A stretch of 64,000 bases of DNA from Macrostomum lignano (lineage: Eukaryota), in the NCBI GenBank assembly GCA_002269645.1, contig NIVC01000677.1, positions 1 through 64,000 of the forward strand, written 5' to 3'. Both the position numbers and the translations under genes were made by a program. The notes beneath the pieces are model-generated. The model did no database searches. It saw only the letters and a program-made list of their open reading frames with translations, and was not told the origin of the DNA. Shown here piece by piece: positions 1 through 12,609 of this stretch; within the stretch, counting starts at the first letter, position 1; every line of letters begins with the position of its first letter.

Positions 1-179
1 AAACGCAGTGATCCGGATTAAATTACGCCTAACTTGCACCGCAATCCCATTTATCCCACGAGCATGACAGCATCGTAAATCTCTTTGTGCATGTGATACT
101 GAAATATCTTTATCTATTTTTACAACCTCAGTTGTGAGTGAGGATAGTGAGCTAATCAGTGGGGGATTGGATTAAAATA

Positions 180-740
180 GTGGGCAGTGGGGTAGACAGT
201 GGGGGCAGTGGGTAGACAGTGGGCAGTGGGGTAGACAGTGGGGCAGTGGGTAGACAGTGGGGCAGTGGAGTAGACAGTGGGGTAGTGAAGTAGACAGTGG
301 GGCAGTGGGTAAGACAGTGGGGCAGTGGAGTAGACAGTGGGGTAGTAAAGTAGACAGTAGGGAAGTAGAGTAGACAGTAGGGGAGTGGAGTAGACAGTAG
401 GGGAGTGGAGTAGACAGTGGAGCAGTGGAGTAGACAGTGGAGCAGTGGGGTAGACAGTGGAGTAGACAGTGGAGCAGTGGGGCAGACAGTGGAGTAGAGA
501 GTGGGTAGTGGAGTAGACAGTGGAGCAGTGGGTAGACAGTGAAGCAGTGGGGCAGACAGTGGAGTAGACAGTGGGTAGTGGAGTAGACAGTGGAGCAGTG
601 AGCAGACAGTGGAGTAGACAGTGGGGTAGTGGAGTAGACAGTGGAGCAGTGGAGCAGACAGTGGAGTAGACAGTGGAGCAGTGGGGCAGACAGTGGAGTA
701 GACAGTGGGGTAGTGCAGTAGACAGGGGGCAGTGGCGCGG
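180..740. repeat. G-rich minisatellite, ~19-21 bp unit (GGGCAGTGGGGTAGACAGT variants)
   Basis: Tandem GTAGACAGTGG-containing units; the ORFs 152-790 and 156-776 are repeat translations. Confidence 0.95.
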
Positions 741-1659
741 AGGGGACAGCGGGCAGACGAAGTATGGATTTCCCATTCCATATTTCGCACCTAAAGCGAC
801 CTGCTAAAGCGGGCGAGCTCCCTTTGCGAGCAATTTTGCGGCTTTTCTGCCCTCGTGCTTTCGGCTAATTCGAGGGAACCGGCCGTGCAGGTGGCTGGAG
901 AAATGCAAATCGGCTGGAATGAAAAAAGGGAGTAGAAAAAATTGGGTGGGGATGGAAAGATTATCCAGCAGAGTGGAAGTCAGGAGAGAGTTGAGCAGGT
1001 CAGAGAGACGGACGCTGCATGAACGATGGGGATTGGCAGTCGAATTTTTATAAGATTTATAGATGCACCCAAGGGATAATTATTTCAGCTCGCTTGGCTG
1101 CTCTGTGCTGCCAAAGCAGGTGAAAGAGGGAGATGGGAGAAACAGATGCAGTCCCCCCCAGTGTCACCCGCATCCTGTGCAGAGAGAAGTTGGTCCCACA
1201 GAAAGCCTTCAACGCACCTTTTCTCCTTTGTTGCGACTCGAGAAATTGGTCTGTCTGCCACCGGCCACTTGCTGCTCTACTTAACTCAACAATAGAAAGC
1301 TTCAATATATTTTCAATAAAATATACGCTTATATAAGAATCTGCCTATTGAATAATATTCTTTTCAAAAAGGTCCATTGTATAATGAATAGATCCTCATG
1401 CAGCGTTCTAAATGAAAAATCAATTTTTAAATCGACAACGAGGAAATCTTGTTTAATAATAGTTATTCTGAGAAGTGGCGCTGCAGTTCCGCGGCATCAG
1501 CAGCAGCATGCACTTTTAAAACACTTTGTTGTTCTCCTTCTAGACCACGACCTCGCTTCGCTAGATTTTTTAGTTCTACTTGAAGTAAGTTTACTTTATA
1601 TTGAGCTTCATTTAATGTTCATGTCGCTGGATTGGATCGAGGCTGCACTGAAGTTGAAG

Positions 1660-2930
1660 TGGGGTAGATATTGTGGCAAAAATGGGATAGATAGAGGGGA
1701 AAGTGGAATAGATGGTGGAAAGATTGGGTAGATAGTGGGGAAAGTGGGTAGATACTGAAAAAGTGGGTAGATAGAGGGAAAGTAGGTAGACGTAGAAAAG
1801 TGGGGTAGACAGTGGGAAAGTGGAGTAGACAGTGTGAAAGTGGAGTAGACAGTCGGGAAGTAGGGTAGACAGTGTGAAAATGGAGTAGACAGTGGGGAAG
1901 TGGAGTAGACAGTGGGGAAGTGGAGTAGACAGTGAGGAAGTGAGTAGACAGTGGGAAGTGGAGTAACAGTCGGAAGTGGGGTAGACAGTGGGGAAATGAG
2001 GTAGACAGGGGGAAAGTGGGTAGACAGTGGGAAAGTGGGGTAGACAGTGGGGAAGTGGGGTAGAGAGTGGGGAAGTGGGGTAGATAGTGTCAAAGTATGG
2101 TGGACAGTAGGAAAGTGGGGTAGACAGTAGAAAAGTGGAGTAGATAGTGTGAAAGTATGGTAGACAGTGGTAGACAATGGGGAAGTGGGGTAGACAGTGG
2201 TGAAGTGGGGTAGACAGTGGGAAAGTGGTAGACAGTGGGGAAGTGGGGTAGACAGTGGGGAAGTGGGTAGACAGTGGGGAAGTGGGGTAGACAGTGGGGA
2301 AGTGGGGTAGACAGTGGTGAAGTGGGGTAGACAGTGGGGAAGTGGGATAGACAGTGGGGAAGTGGGGTAGATAGTGTTAAAGTATGGTGGACAGTAGGAA
2401 AGTGGGGTAGACAGTAGAAAAGTGGAGTAGATAGTGTGAAAGTATGGTAGACAGTGGTAGACAATGGGAAGTGGGGTAGACAGTGTGAAGTGGGTAGACA
2501 GTGGGAAGTGGGTAGACAGTGGGAAGTGGGGTAGACAGTGGGAAGTGGGGTAGACAGTGGGGAAGTGGGTAGACAGTGGGGAAGTGGGGTAGACAGTGGG
2601 AAGTGGGTAGACAGTGGGGAAGTGGGGTAGACAGTGGGAAGTGGGGTAGACAGTGGGAAGTGGGGTAGACAGTGGGAAGAGGGGTAGACAGTGGGAAGTG
2701 GGGTAGACAGTGGGGAAGAGGGTAGACAGTGGGAAGTGGGGTAGACAGTGGGGAAGTGGGGTAGACAGTGGGAAGAGGGGTAGACAGTGGGAAAGTGGGT
2801 AGACAGTGGGGAACTGGGGTAGACAGTGGGAAGTGGGGTAGACAGTGGGGAAGTGGGTAGACAGTGGTGAAGTGGGGTAGACAGTGGGAAAGTGGGGTAG
2901 GCAGTGGGAAAGTGGGGTAGGACTGCAATA
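1660..2930. repeat. G-rich minisatellite, ~20-21 bp unit (GGGAAGTGGGGTAGACAGTG), same family as 180-740
   Basis: Dozens of tandem units sharing the GTAGACAGTGG core. Confidence 0.95.
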
Positions 2931-3766
2931 GTGGAATTCTGATAGCACAAACATCCCGCTGTCTCCTGCTCTCTCGAAGCCAGCAGCGTCAACCAACACC
3001 GCGTCTTGCGAACTCCTTTCTCAGTTTTCCTCAGCGAAACATAATCGACTTTCTCTTTTTCACCTCCGAGCCTGCAGCTTTTGAAATCCGAAATCGGTGA
3101 GAAAATCTTTGATCGGTGAGAAGACAGAGGCTAGAAGCAGCAACAGCAATGGCTATTATAGATTTAAGCAATCAATCACACGCCCTGTGCAGGCAGTGCC
3201 AAGCAAATTCAATAGCATTGAGCCAGCTCTATCGGATCTACATCAAGCGCATGAAGATGTATCAAGTTTCCTATTTTATTTTACCGAATAGAAGCTTGCT
3301 TTCCCGCCAGGCTGCCTTCACTGTTTTCTGCTTCGAGCTGGTGAGACCACTATGAGCTTACTGACGCCGTTGCAGTTCTCAGTCAAGTTTTCAGACATTT
3401 CTCCTGCCACATGAAATTGCCCCCCGCCGGAGTGCGTGATTTTGTAACATAAATTTATATAAACAAGCTATATACGCATTTTGCTACTGACCAATAGAAC
3501 TAAGTAGTGTAGATGGGATATCCCATTAAAGACAATAACAAGACGTGATAAGGCACTTTGTGTGCCTTGGGGATGGGGATTGACTCTTACAAGTGTGAAT
3601 CGCACGACAACCCCCGCAGCCAGCCGCTTTAGTTTCTTATTCATGCCACAGTCTCGCCAAGCGCAAATACTCCTAATACATGCAAACACACAACATGGTG
3701 TCAGAGGAAAAATACTACAGTTAGATAATTGCTTTGTGCGTCGTTTTTGGTGGCAACTACAGCGGC

Positions 3767-4997
3767 ATGTCCGACGCAGCTGGACTGCGACCTCCAGGGC
3801 CCATGGTATTCGATGAGGCCAAGTCAGAACGCTGGAGAAAATGGATCGGCGCATTCAATTTATACATGACCGCCACAAAGCGCGACAAGGAGGCTGACAG
3901 CATGAAGAATGCGATTCTGCTGACCGCCATCGGTGAAGAAGGCAGGGACATATTCGAGACATTCGAACTCTGCACTGACTCTGCTCACAAAGACATCATT
4001 GACAAATTCGAGAAATTCTGCATTCCTCTGGACAGCGAAACATTTGATCGCTATAAGTTTAGAATGCGTAAGAAGGAGCAGTATGAAGATTTTGATCACT
4101 TCATAAATGAGCTACGATTGTTAATAAAGCGATGCAGTTTTTCAAAGCCTAAAAAAAGCAATGCATTGACGATGCCATGCTTCGAGATCAGATAGTACTC
4201 GTATATGGGGTTCATAATTCAGCACTCCGTGAACGGCTCCTTGAGGAAGAGAAGCTGACACTGGAAAAGGCAATGTTCTGTGCCGTGCCACCAAAGCTTC
4301 AAAGATGCAAGCCAGGCAGATGATAGGTGTAAAGAGTGAAAACCGAAACTTTGTCAGTCGAATTGTTAAAGACCCTGATCACAAGTTGCAGCAATCAACC
4401 AGAGCCAAGTCCAAGTCTATCACACGAAAGCTTCCTACAGGACAACAGGCATGCAGATACTGCGGCAAGAACCACAAATTTGGTCACACCAACTGCAGTG
4501 CCTATGGCAAGACCTGCTTAAACTGTGGACAAAAGAACCATTTTAAGGCCATGTGCCGGAAAGAGAAAACAAAACAATCGAAACAGATTCGTACAGTTGA
4601 AGATGAGCTCACTGACGTGACTGAAACATCGAATTCTTACCAAGCTGCTGCCTGGGACGTAAGTAAATATTCTATGAATTCTAATAATGGAAATGAAGTG
4701 AAAGCCGTTTCAAGAACAGTTGTGTCGCTAGACACTGAGTTTGGACACATCGTCAACTACAAAATTGATACCGGCGCTGATGTGAATATCATGTCCGAGA
4801 AACGCTTAAGAACAATCACAGACAACCCATTAGAAAAAGACCACACCAGACTATCAGTGTATAACAACCAGACGCTTAATGTGAAGGCAAGATTAAATTG
4901 CGACTCTCGCACAAAGACGCCGTGCATACAGCAGAATTCACCATCATTGAGGAAGACAATACACCTCTACTTGCGACCGACACAGCTGAGAAATTAG
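3767..4997 (+). pseudogene. gag: gypsy gag + zinc knuckles + aspartic protease (frameshifted)
   Basis: MSDAAGLRPPGPM...WRKWIGAFNLYMTAT...AILLTAIGEEGRDIFETF; CRYCGKNHKFGHTNC...CLNCGQKNHFKAMC; protease motif YKIDTGADVNIM. Confidence 0.88.
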
Positions 4998-4999
4998 GC

Positions 5000-7900
5000 C
5001 TGATTCAAATCCTCAACGTAACAAAGACTACAGATAAAGAAGTGCTGACGGAATCAAAGATCTTTAAGGAATACAGCGATTTGTTCGAAGGAATTGGATG
5101 ACTGCCTGGAGCGCATCACATTTCATTGAGAGAAGGCGCAATACCGAAAGTCCAAGACCCAAGGAAAGTCCCATTTGCGGCTATGAAGGCCCTGCGTGAA
5201 GAGCTTGACCGCTTACAGAGCCAAGGAGTAATAACAAAATGCGACCAGCCGGCAGATTGGGTGTCCAATGTTGTTATCGTCTGGAAGAAGGATAACTCGA
5301 TTAGACTGTGCTTAGATCTAAGAATCTAAATGATTACGAGTATATTATCAGAAATCGATACCCCATTCCAACGTATGACGAGATGATTAGCGAGATGATT
5401 AGCGAGATGACAGGAGAAAAATACTTCTCAACATTTGATGCTAAGTTAAGTTGGATCAAGAAAGTTCACTTCTTACTGAATTTCACACTTCGTTTGGTGT
5501 TTACAAATGGAATCGACTAGCTTTTGGTCTAAAGGATGCACCTGAAGCTTACCAAAGGCACATCAAAGATAGAAGTGACAAGTCAGGTAGAAAAATCTGC
5601 TAACTACATCGATACATCATAGTATGGGGAAAGACTCGGGAAGAGCACAACCAAGCAGTTCGAAATCTTTTTGGAGCAATGCAGAAAAAAGAACCTGACT
5701 CTGAACAGGCAAAAGACGAGCATTGGCAAAACCGAGCTTCGATTTCTTGGACACATACTAACTGACAAAGGTGTGAAAGTAGATCCACAAAAAGTAAACA
5801 GCATCAAAGAAATGCCGCACCCAAACAGTTTCGAACAGCGTGCTGAGAAGCAAGCGCAGCTCTAACGGTTTATTGGCAGTGCAATTTACTTGTCAAAATT
5901 CATAGCAAACTTTTCTGCACTGACAAGTCCTTTGAGAGAACTCATGATGAAATAATCCGAATGGGTGTGGACCAACGACCAAGAAAAGGCGTATCAAGGA
6001 ATCAAGCAGTGCCTCTGCGAAGCACCTGTGCTTGCGCCATTTGACCCGAATAAAGACCTAGTTTTATCTGTCGACGCCAGCAAAGATGGCTTGGGAGCAG
6101 CACTATTGCAGGAAGGACATGTCATTGAGTATGCATCATCAGCTCTAACATCCGCTCAAAAGAAATATGCCCAGATAGAGAAGGAAATGCTTGCGATAGT
6201 ATTTGGCTGTCGAAGGTTCAGACAGTATCTCTGGGGACGTAAAGTCTCCGTCGACTGACCACAAACCGCTGCAGTATATTATGAAGAAGCCAATGGATGA
6301 ACTATCGGCTAGAATACAACGTCTGATACTCAAGATCCAAGAATTCGACTTATACGTGCAATACAAACCGGGAAGATATCTTTATTTGGCTGATACATTA
6401 AGCCGTGCTTTCTTGCAATCCGTGCATTCGGCGAGTGACATAGACTCTGAGCTTGAGAATCAAATCTTGGGTATCCAAAAGGTTTGTCTACCGGAAGACC
6501 TACTCAAGAACATCCAGGAACACACATATGCAGATTCAACTTGCCATGCGATCAAGAATCGCATTCGCGAGGATTGGCCGGAACTCAGAAACCAATTGCC
6601 AGAACAACTAAAGCCTTTCTGGAATGTTCGTCACGATTTAGCCGAGCACGACAGATTAATTATGAAAACCAGGAAGATATTTAAACCACGGACCATGCGC
6701 CACGAATTCTTGAACATCATTCATGAAGGACATCAAGGCATTGAAAAAATACTTCTAAAAGCAAGAGGATCGGATACTGGCCTCAGATGCGTCGGGACAT
6801 CCAGAACTACACAGCAGCATGCGATGCCTGCCAAAGCAGCCAATCCCGACCACAGAAACAATCATTCAAAGTCCGCATCCTGATTATCCATTTCAAGAGT
6901 GCGCGACTGACCTGTTCGATTTTAAAGATCGAAAATTCATAGTTGTAGTGGACAGATACAGCCGATGGATTTGTGCAGATCCATAAGATCGATTACAATT
7001 AATACAGCTGAGTTTGTTATCCTGCAATTAAAGAAATATTTGTCCACATTCGGAACACCTGAGAAGTTGCGATGCGACAACGGACCACCATTCTCGTCCA
7101 ACGCATTCCAATTATATGCTAGATCAAGCGGGATAGCACTTGTAACATCATCACCAAGATATCCGCAGTCCAATGGATTAGCGGAGCGAGCTGTGCAAAC
7201 AGTGAAATGCTTCTTGGGAAAGAATGAAGACTTTGAAAAAGCAATGCTTCACTACCGTAATACTCCGATTGAGCGTGGGTTACGGCTACCGGACATTTGC
7301 CCTCCGGCATTTGCCCTCCGGACATTTGCCCTCCGGCATTTCCCCTCCGGACATTTGCCCTCGAGGACATTTGCCCTCGGGACATTTCCCCTCCGGACAT
7401 TTGCCCTCCGGACATTTCCCTCTGGAAAAGTACAGGTAAGGCTGGGGATAGGGTAGGGCGCGGGTATATATTGCTTACTAGAAAAGGATGAGTTGTTGGC
7501 TGGAGAAGAACCTGATGGATGCAAGAGGCGGGAGGATGAGGTTGGTGCTGGAGGAACGACGGGTGGGTACAGGAGGAGGTGAGGTGAGTAATGTGCGAGG
7601 GGGTAAATTTGCAGAGGGCAAATGTGCGGAGGGGAAATGTCCGGAGGGCAAATGTCCGGAGGGCAAATGTCCGGAGGGCAAATGTCCCCGAGGGCAAATG
7701 TCCGGAGGGCAAATGTCCGGAGGGGAAATGTCCCGGAGGGCAAATGTCCGGAGGGCAAACGCCGCCGAGGGGAAGTGCCGGAGGGCAAGTGCCGGAGGGG
7801 AAGTGCCGGAGGGGAAGTGCCGGAGGGCAAATGTCCGGAAGCGGTGGGTTACCGTCTCCAGCAGAGCTACTGATGGGAAGGAAATTGAGGTACGAACTAC

Positions 7901-8489
7901 CTGTACCAATAATGGAATTGATACCAAAACGAACATGGACGAGGAATGATTTGGAAACACTGAACGCCATGCGAAGGAAGGACGCGATTCGCTACAACAG
8001 TACAGCTGGGATTTGAAACCACTGGAGACTGGAGAGCAAGTCTGGTTGTACGAGGACAAGAGACAGTGGATTCCAGCAGAAATTAAATCGCAGGATCATA
8101 CGGATCCAGAACGATCGTACCAAGTGCAAACTGCTGATGGTAAAGGCTACAGGAAGAACCGACGATTCATAGCACCCAGAGTTGCGAACTCCAGACTGTC
8201 TGCAATACCGAAACATCTAGCGCTACAGCGACCAGTAGATATCTCAGAGAGTCATCTGAAAGATTCAACTGCATCATCCAGAATTCAGCCAATTCATGAG
8301 CATCAAACAACAAGCAATCCTGCTGAAGATGCTAACCGACAAACGACCAATGCTGACACAAATGCGCCATATGTGACACGATCGGGTCGGGTCGTACTGT
8401 CAAACAGACGAGATTCCATCAAGCTGTTTAATGACGAATTTTTTTTGTTTATGGACAAAATATGCAATTCGCGTACAATGTTCCTTTGA
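5000..8489 (+). pseudogene. pol: gypsy pol: RT, RNase H and integrase fragments
   Basis: PKVQDPRKVPFA...WVSNVVIVWKKDNSIRLCLD; LRFLGHIL; LSVDASKDGLGAALLQ...YAQIEKEMLAIVFG; TDHKPL; LRCDNGPPFSS...SSPRYPQSNGLAERAVQTVK; SPAELLMGRKLR; RSYQVQTADGKGYRKNRRFI. Confidence 0.9.
7284..7843. mobile_element. Non-autonomous foldback/MITE with minisatellite-built TIRs and a 9-bp TSD (Mutator-like)
   Basis: The left arm has (CGGACATTTGCCCTC)n and the right arm has (GAGGGCAAATGTCCG)n. GTGGGTTAC is duplicated at 7275-7283 and 7844-7852. Removing the element restores integrase ...TPIERGLPSPAELLMGRKLR. Confidence 0.9.
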
Positions 8490-9099
8490 AAAAAAGGGGA
8501 TGTGGTAGCCAGCCGCTTTAGTTTCTTATTCATGCATACATGATTGTTTATGAACAAACTCAAATATACTTGTAAAGGGGTGTGGCTGCGCCCAGTCTCG
8601 CCAAGCGCAAATACTCCTAATACATGCAAACACACAACACCCCCGACCAATTTTCATGCACAAGCCCCGAATGAAAGTGGCCGCTCGCGGAATCGAACCA
8701 AGGCCTGTGTCGGCGCACTTTTAAATACCTTGATTAATTTAACAAACTGGAGACTGCAAGCAAAGTTATAGATCGATCTCTCCAATGTATTATTTTTCAC
8801 AGATCCATCAGTTATAAAAAAACTAATAATAAACTAAACTAAACTAAAAACTAAAAAAGCTAAACCAATTAATGAAAAATACAATTAACTATTTACATGT
8901 ACCAATAAACATGTAACTTTGGCAATTCGAAACTGGTTTATTTTAAATGCTAATCCTGTCAGACAACATACTTGTCAGCCTGTAAATGCTAGTAGCACGG
9001 ATGCCCGATCACGGGATGTTGAATTAAAAGGTAGCTGGAGTTGAATACGCCAGGTTATTCTCGAAGTATTCTCCACGGGATCTTCCAGGTTCAATAGGG

Positions 9100-9700
9100 A
9101 GATTCCCCAGGTTGCAGAAGGAGATTCCCCAGGTTGCAGAGGGAGATTCCCCAGGTTGAAGAGGGAGATTCGGATTCCCAGGTTGCAGAGGGAGATTCCC
9201 CCGGTTTCAGGAGATTCCCCAGGTTGCAGGAGATTCCCAGGTTGCAGAGGGAGATTCCCCAGGTTGCAGAGAGGATATTCCCCAGGTTGCAGAGGGAGAT
9301 TCCCCAGGTTGCAGAGGGAGATTCCCCAGGTTGCAGAGGGAGATTCCCCAGGTTTCAGGAGATTCCCCAGGTTGCAGGAGATTCCCCAGGTTGCAGAAGG
9401 AGATTCCCCAGGTTGCAGGAGATTCCCCAGGTTGCAGAGGGAGATTCCCCAGGTTGCAGGAGATTCCCCAGGTTGCAGAAGGATATTCCCCAGGTTGAAG
9501 AGGGATATTCCCCAGGTTGGAGAGGTAGATTCCCCAGGTTGAAGAGGGAGATTCCCCAGGTTGGAGAGGGAGATTCCCCAGGTTGAAGAGGGAGATTCCC
9601 CAGGTTGGAGAGGGAGATTCTCCAGGTTGGAGAGGGAGATTCCCCGGGTTGAAGAGGGAGATTCCCCAGGTTGCAGAGATTCCCCAGGTTGAAGAGGGGA
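9100..9700. repeat. Minisatellite, ~20-23 bp (GGGAGATTCCCCAGGTTGCAGA)
   Basis: Tandem units; overlapping ORFs are repeat translations. Confidence 0.95.
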
Positions 9701-9779
9701 CTATTGAAAGGAGATTTCACGATGCTAGATCCCAGGAGATTCAGATTGCAGCAGGTCTAGAAGGCTATGGCCGAATGGC

Positions 9780-12485
9780 TCAACCGGCCAGCAGGGCCGC
9801 TGCCCCGTTAGCCAGCTGGCTGGCCAGGGTGACGCGCCTCAGCACGGCCTCTCGCACGGGCCGGCCGGCTGGCAGGCGGTCGCCGAACTTCTGCATAAAC
9901 TTGTCCGGATGCCACAGCACCCGCAGCTGCCGAAGCTCCGTCACCAAGCCTTCGGCGTCGCCCCCCACAGCCAGCCGAAGCCATCGCAGTGCGGCCTCCG
10001 GCCCAACGGCAGAGTCGATCAAAAACGGCGGCCAGGGCACTTCGTCGACGCTGTCAATAACGGATTTGGATTGGAAGAATGCCAAATAGGAGTCCTTGTA
10101 ACGCAGGTAGGCCTCGCATTCGGGGCGGCCGATGGCGTGTCGGCCAGTTTCAACTGTTTGCACTGTCGCTGCTGCCGAGGTGGCGGCTGCTCCGGAAGCT
10201 CTGCCGCAGCCGCACGCTGCTGCCGCTGACGCTGCCGACGCTCGGCGTACTCGCGGCCGATCCTATCGAACCAATCGTCCAGAGTTTCGAAAGTCCAAAA
10301 TGCCTCCCCTTCGTCTTGGAAGAATCCGGCGCCATCGTTGTCATCGTCAGCGTCGTCGGCGGCGGCGTCGGCCAGTCGACGCTGCCAGATGATTGTTTCG
10401 CTGTTGTCGGCGTCGCGCTCGTCGATGTCGGCCGTCAGCGCGGCGTCCGCGGCGGCCGAAGTTGCCGCCTCCTGGTCGGCCAGACGGTCGAGCAGACGCT
10501 GGCAGGAGACGCCGGCAGAGTTGCAGAGCCGGAGCAGCTCAGCCCGCCGGCCGGGGCGCTGGCAGCCCAGCAGGTCGGAGAGCAGCCGGTCCGCGACTGC
10601 TCGGGGGAGGGAGTTGGTTAGCAAGCTGTTTGGTGGGCCAGTTAGTGTCTAGACTGGCAAGATATCAGAGATTAGATTAGAGTGGCAAGATATCAGAGAC
10701 TAGATTTTAATAGCTAGATGCCAGAGACTAGATTAGAGTCGCTAGATGCCAGAGACTAGATTAGAGTCGCTAGATGCCAGATACTAGATTAGAGTAGCTA
10801 AATGCCAGAGACTAGATTAGAGTCGCTGGATGCCAGAGACTAGATTAGAGTAGCTAGATGCCAGAGACTAGATTAGAGTCGCTAGATGCCAGAGACTAGA
10901 TTAGAGTAGCTAGATGCCAGAGACTAGATTAGAGTCGCTAGATGCCAGAGACTAGATTAGAGTAGCTAGATGCCAGAGACTAGATTAGAGTAGCTAGATG
11001 CCAGAGACTAGATTAGAGTCGCTAGATGCCAGAGACTAGATTAGAGTAGCTAGATGCCAGAGACTAGATTATAGTTGCTAGATTAGAGTAGCTAGAAGCC
11101 AGAGACTAGATTAGAGTCGCTAGATGCCAGAGACTAGATTAGAGTAGCTAGATGCCAGAGACTAGATTAGAGTAGCTAGATGCCAGAGACTAGATTAGAG
11201 TAGCTAGAAGCCAGAGACTATAGATTAGAGTCCAACTCAGAAGAAAGTGACAGCAGAACTCACTGACAGGAGACTTGCCCGTCTGCAGGCAGTGGTACAG
11301 TATCAGGTGGACCGGCGTGTTTCCGTGAACGTCTTTGGCCTCCAAGCTGCAGCCAAGCTCCGAAAAGGTTCTAAGAGGGGCAATAGAAATTGCTTCGTCA
11401 AGTGAAGGACACTCAGGTTTTATTGATCATGTAAGCTGTCATTTCTGACTCATCGCTCTCTTCTGATTCACAGTATCTAACTCATCTGTCTTCTCTGACC
11501 CATAAAATCTGACTCATCTGTCTTCTCTGACCCACAGTATGTGACTCATCTGTCTTCTCTGACCCACAGTATGTGACTCATCTGTCTTCTCTGACCCACA
11601 GTATGTGACTCATCTGTCTTCTCTGACCCATAAAATCTGACTCATCTATCTTCTCTGACCCATAGTATGTGACTCATCTCCATCTTCTCCGACTTACAGT
11701 ATGTGACTCATTTCTATGTTCTCTGACCCAAAGTAGCTGAATCATCTTCTCTGACCCACAGCAGCTGACTCATCTTCTCTGACCCACAGTAGCTGAATCA
11801 TCTTCTCTGACCCACAGTAGCCGAATCATCTTCTCTGACCCACAGTAGCTGACTCATCTTCTCTGACCCACAGTAGCTGAATCATCTTCTCTGACCCACA
11901 GTAGCCGAATCATCTTCTCTGACCCACAGTAGCTGACTCATCTTCTCTGACCCGCAGTATGTGAGTCATCTTCTCTGACCCACAGTATGTAAATCATCTC
12001 TCTTCTCTGACCCACAGTAGCTGACTCATCTTCTCTGACCCGCAGTATGTGAGTCATCTTCTCTGACCCACAGTATGTAAATCATCTCTCTTCTCTGACC
12101 CACAGTAGCTGACTCATCTTCTCTGACCCGCAGTATGTGAGTCATCTTCTCTGACCCACAGTAGTTGACTCATCTTCTCTGACCCACCGCATTTGACTCT
12201 TGTGAACCATATAACCCAGTTTATTGACTAACTTAATAAATTGTTTGCGGTTCCTTAATATCTCATTTCCGACTAATCTCGAAATTCGCACCTAATTAAC
12301 CCGCCGTGGCCCTCAGCAGCGGCCAGATGCAGGAGACTTCGCCCATCTTCATCCCGATAATCTGGCACGTTGTCGGAGGCTGACCGCTTCATCTTATCCA
12401 GACGCTTGGAGACACGCCGGAATCGACCTGACCGAGTGTACTTGGCCAGCTTGCGCAGGTGACAAGACTCTCTTTGTCGCTTCAT
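9780..12485 (-). CDS. NFKBIL1: NF-kappa-B inhibitor-like protein 1 homolog (ankyrin repeats + WHPD C-terminus); 3 exons, two apparent compensating frameshifts in exon 3
   Basis: Exons 12292-12485, 11264-11370 and 9780-10648 have GT-AG borders and total 1170 nt. Ankyrin segments DEDGRSLLHLAAAEGH and DVHGNTPVHL; FETLDDWFDRIGREYAERR; DEVPWPP; LRVLWHPDKFMQKF...VTLASQLAN all match NFKBIL1 motifs. Confidence 0.82.
10660..11230. repeat. 28-bp intronic minisatellite (GAGACTAGATTAGAGTCGCTAGATGCCA)
   Basis: Fills NFKBIL1 intron 2. Confidence 0.95.
11450..12190. repeat. ~28-bp intronic minisatellite (CATCTTCTCTGACCCACAGTAGCTGACT)
   Basis: Fills NFKBIL1 intron 1. Confidence 0.95.
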
Positions 12486-12609
12486 CGTTCCGCTGGAGCA
12501 GAGCTCAACAGGGGTAGCGCTGCAACCGCGTACACGTACATACGAGTAATATAGAGAATTATATACACATGGATAAGGGATTCTTCAATGCGTTTGATTA
12601 ATTCGAGGT

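Larger units (their letters stand above)
3616..8639 (+). mobile_element. Decayed Ty3/gypsy LTR retrotransposon, Mag-like
   Basis: 5' LTR 3616-3695 and 3' LTR 8501-8639 (TG...CA) share sequence. PBS TGGTGTCAGAG at 3696, PPT AAAAAAAGGGGA just before 8501, CCCCC on both flanks (3611-3615, 8640-8644). Internal order is gag, double zinc knuckle, protease, RT, RNase H, integrase, broken by stops and frameshifts. Confidence 0.93.

Noticed and set aside
152-2999. Long Pro/Leu/Thr/Cys-rich ORFs (212-463 aa)
   Set aside because: They are translations of G-rich minisatellites that are open in several frames at once.
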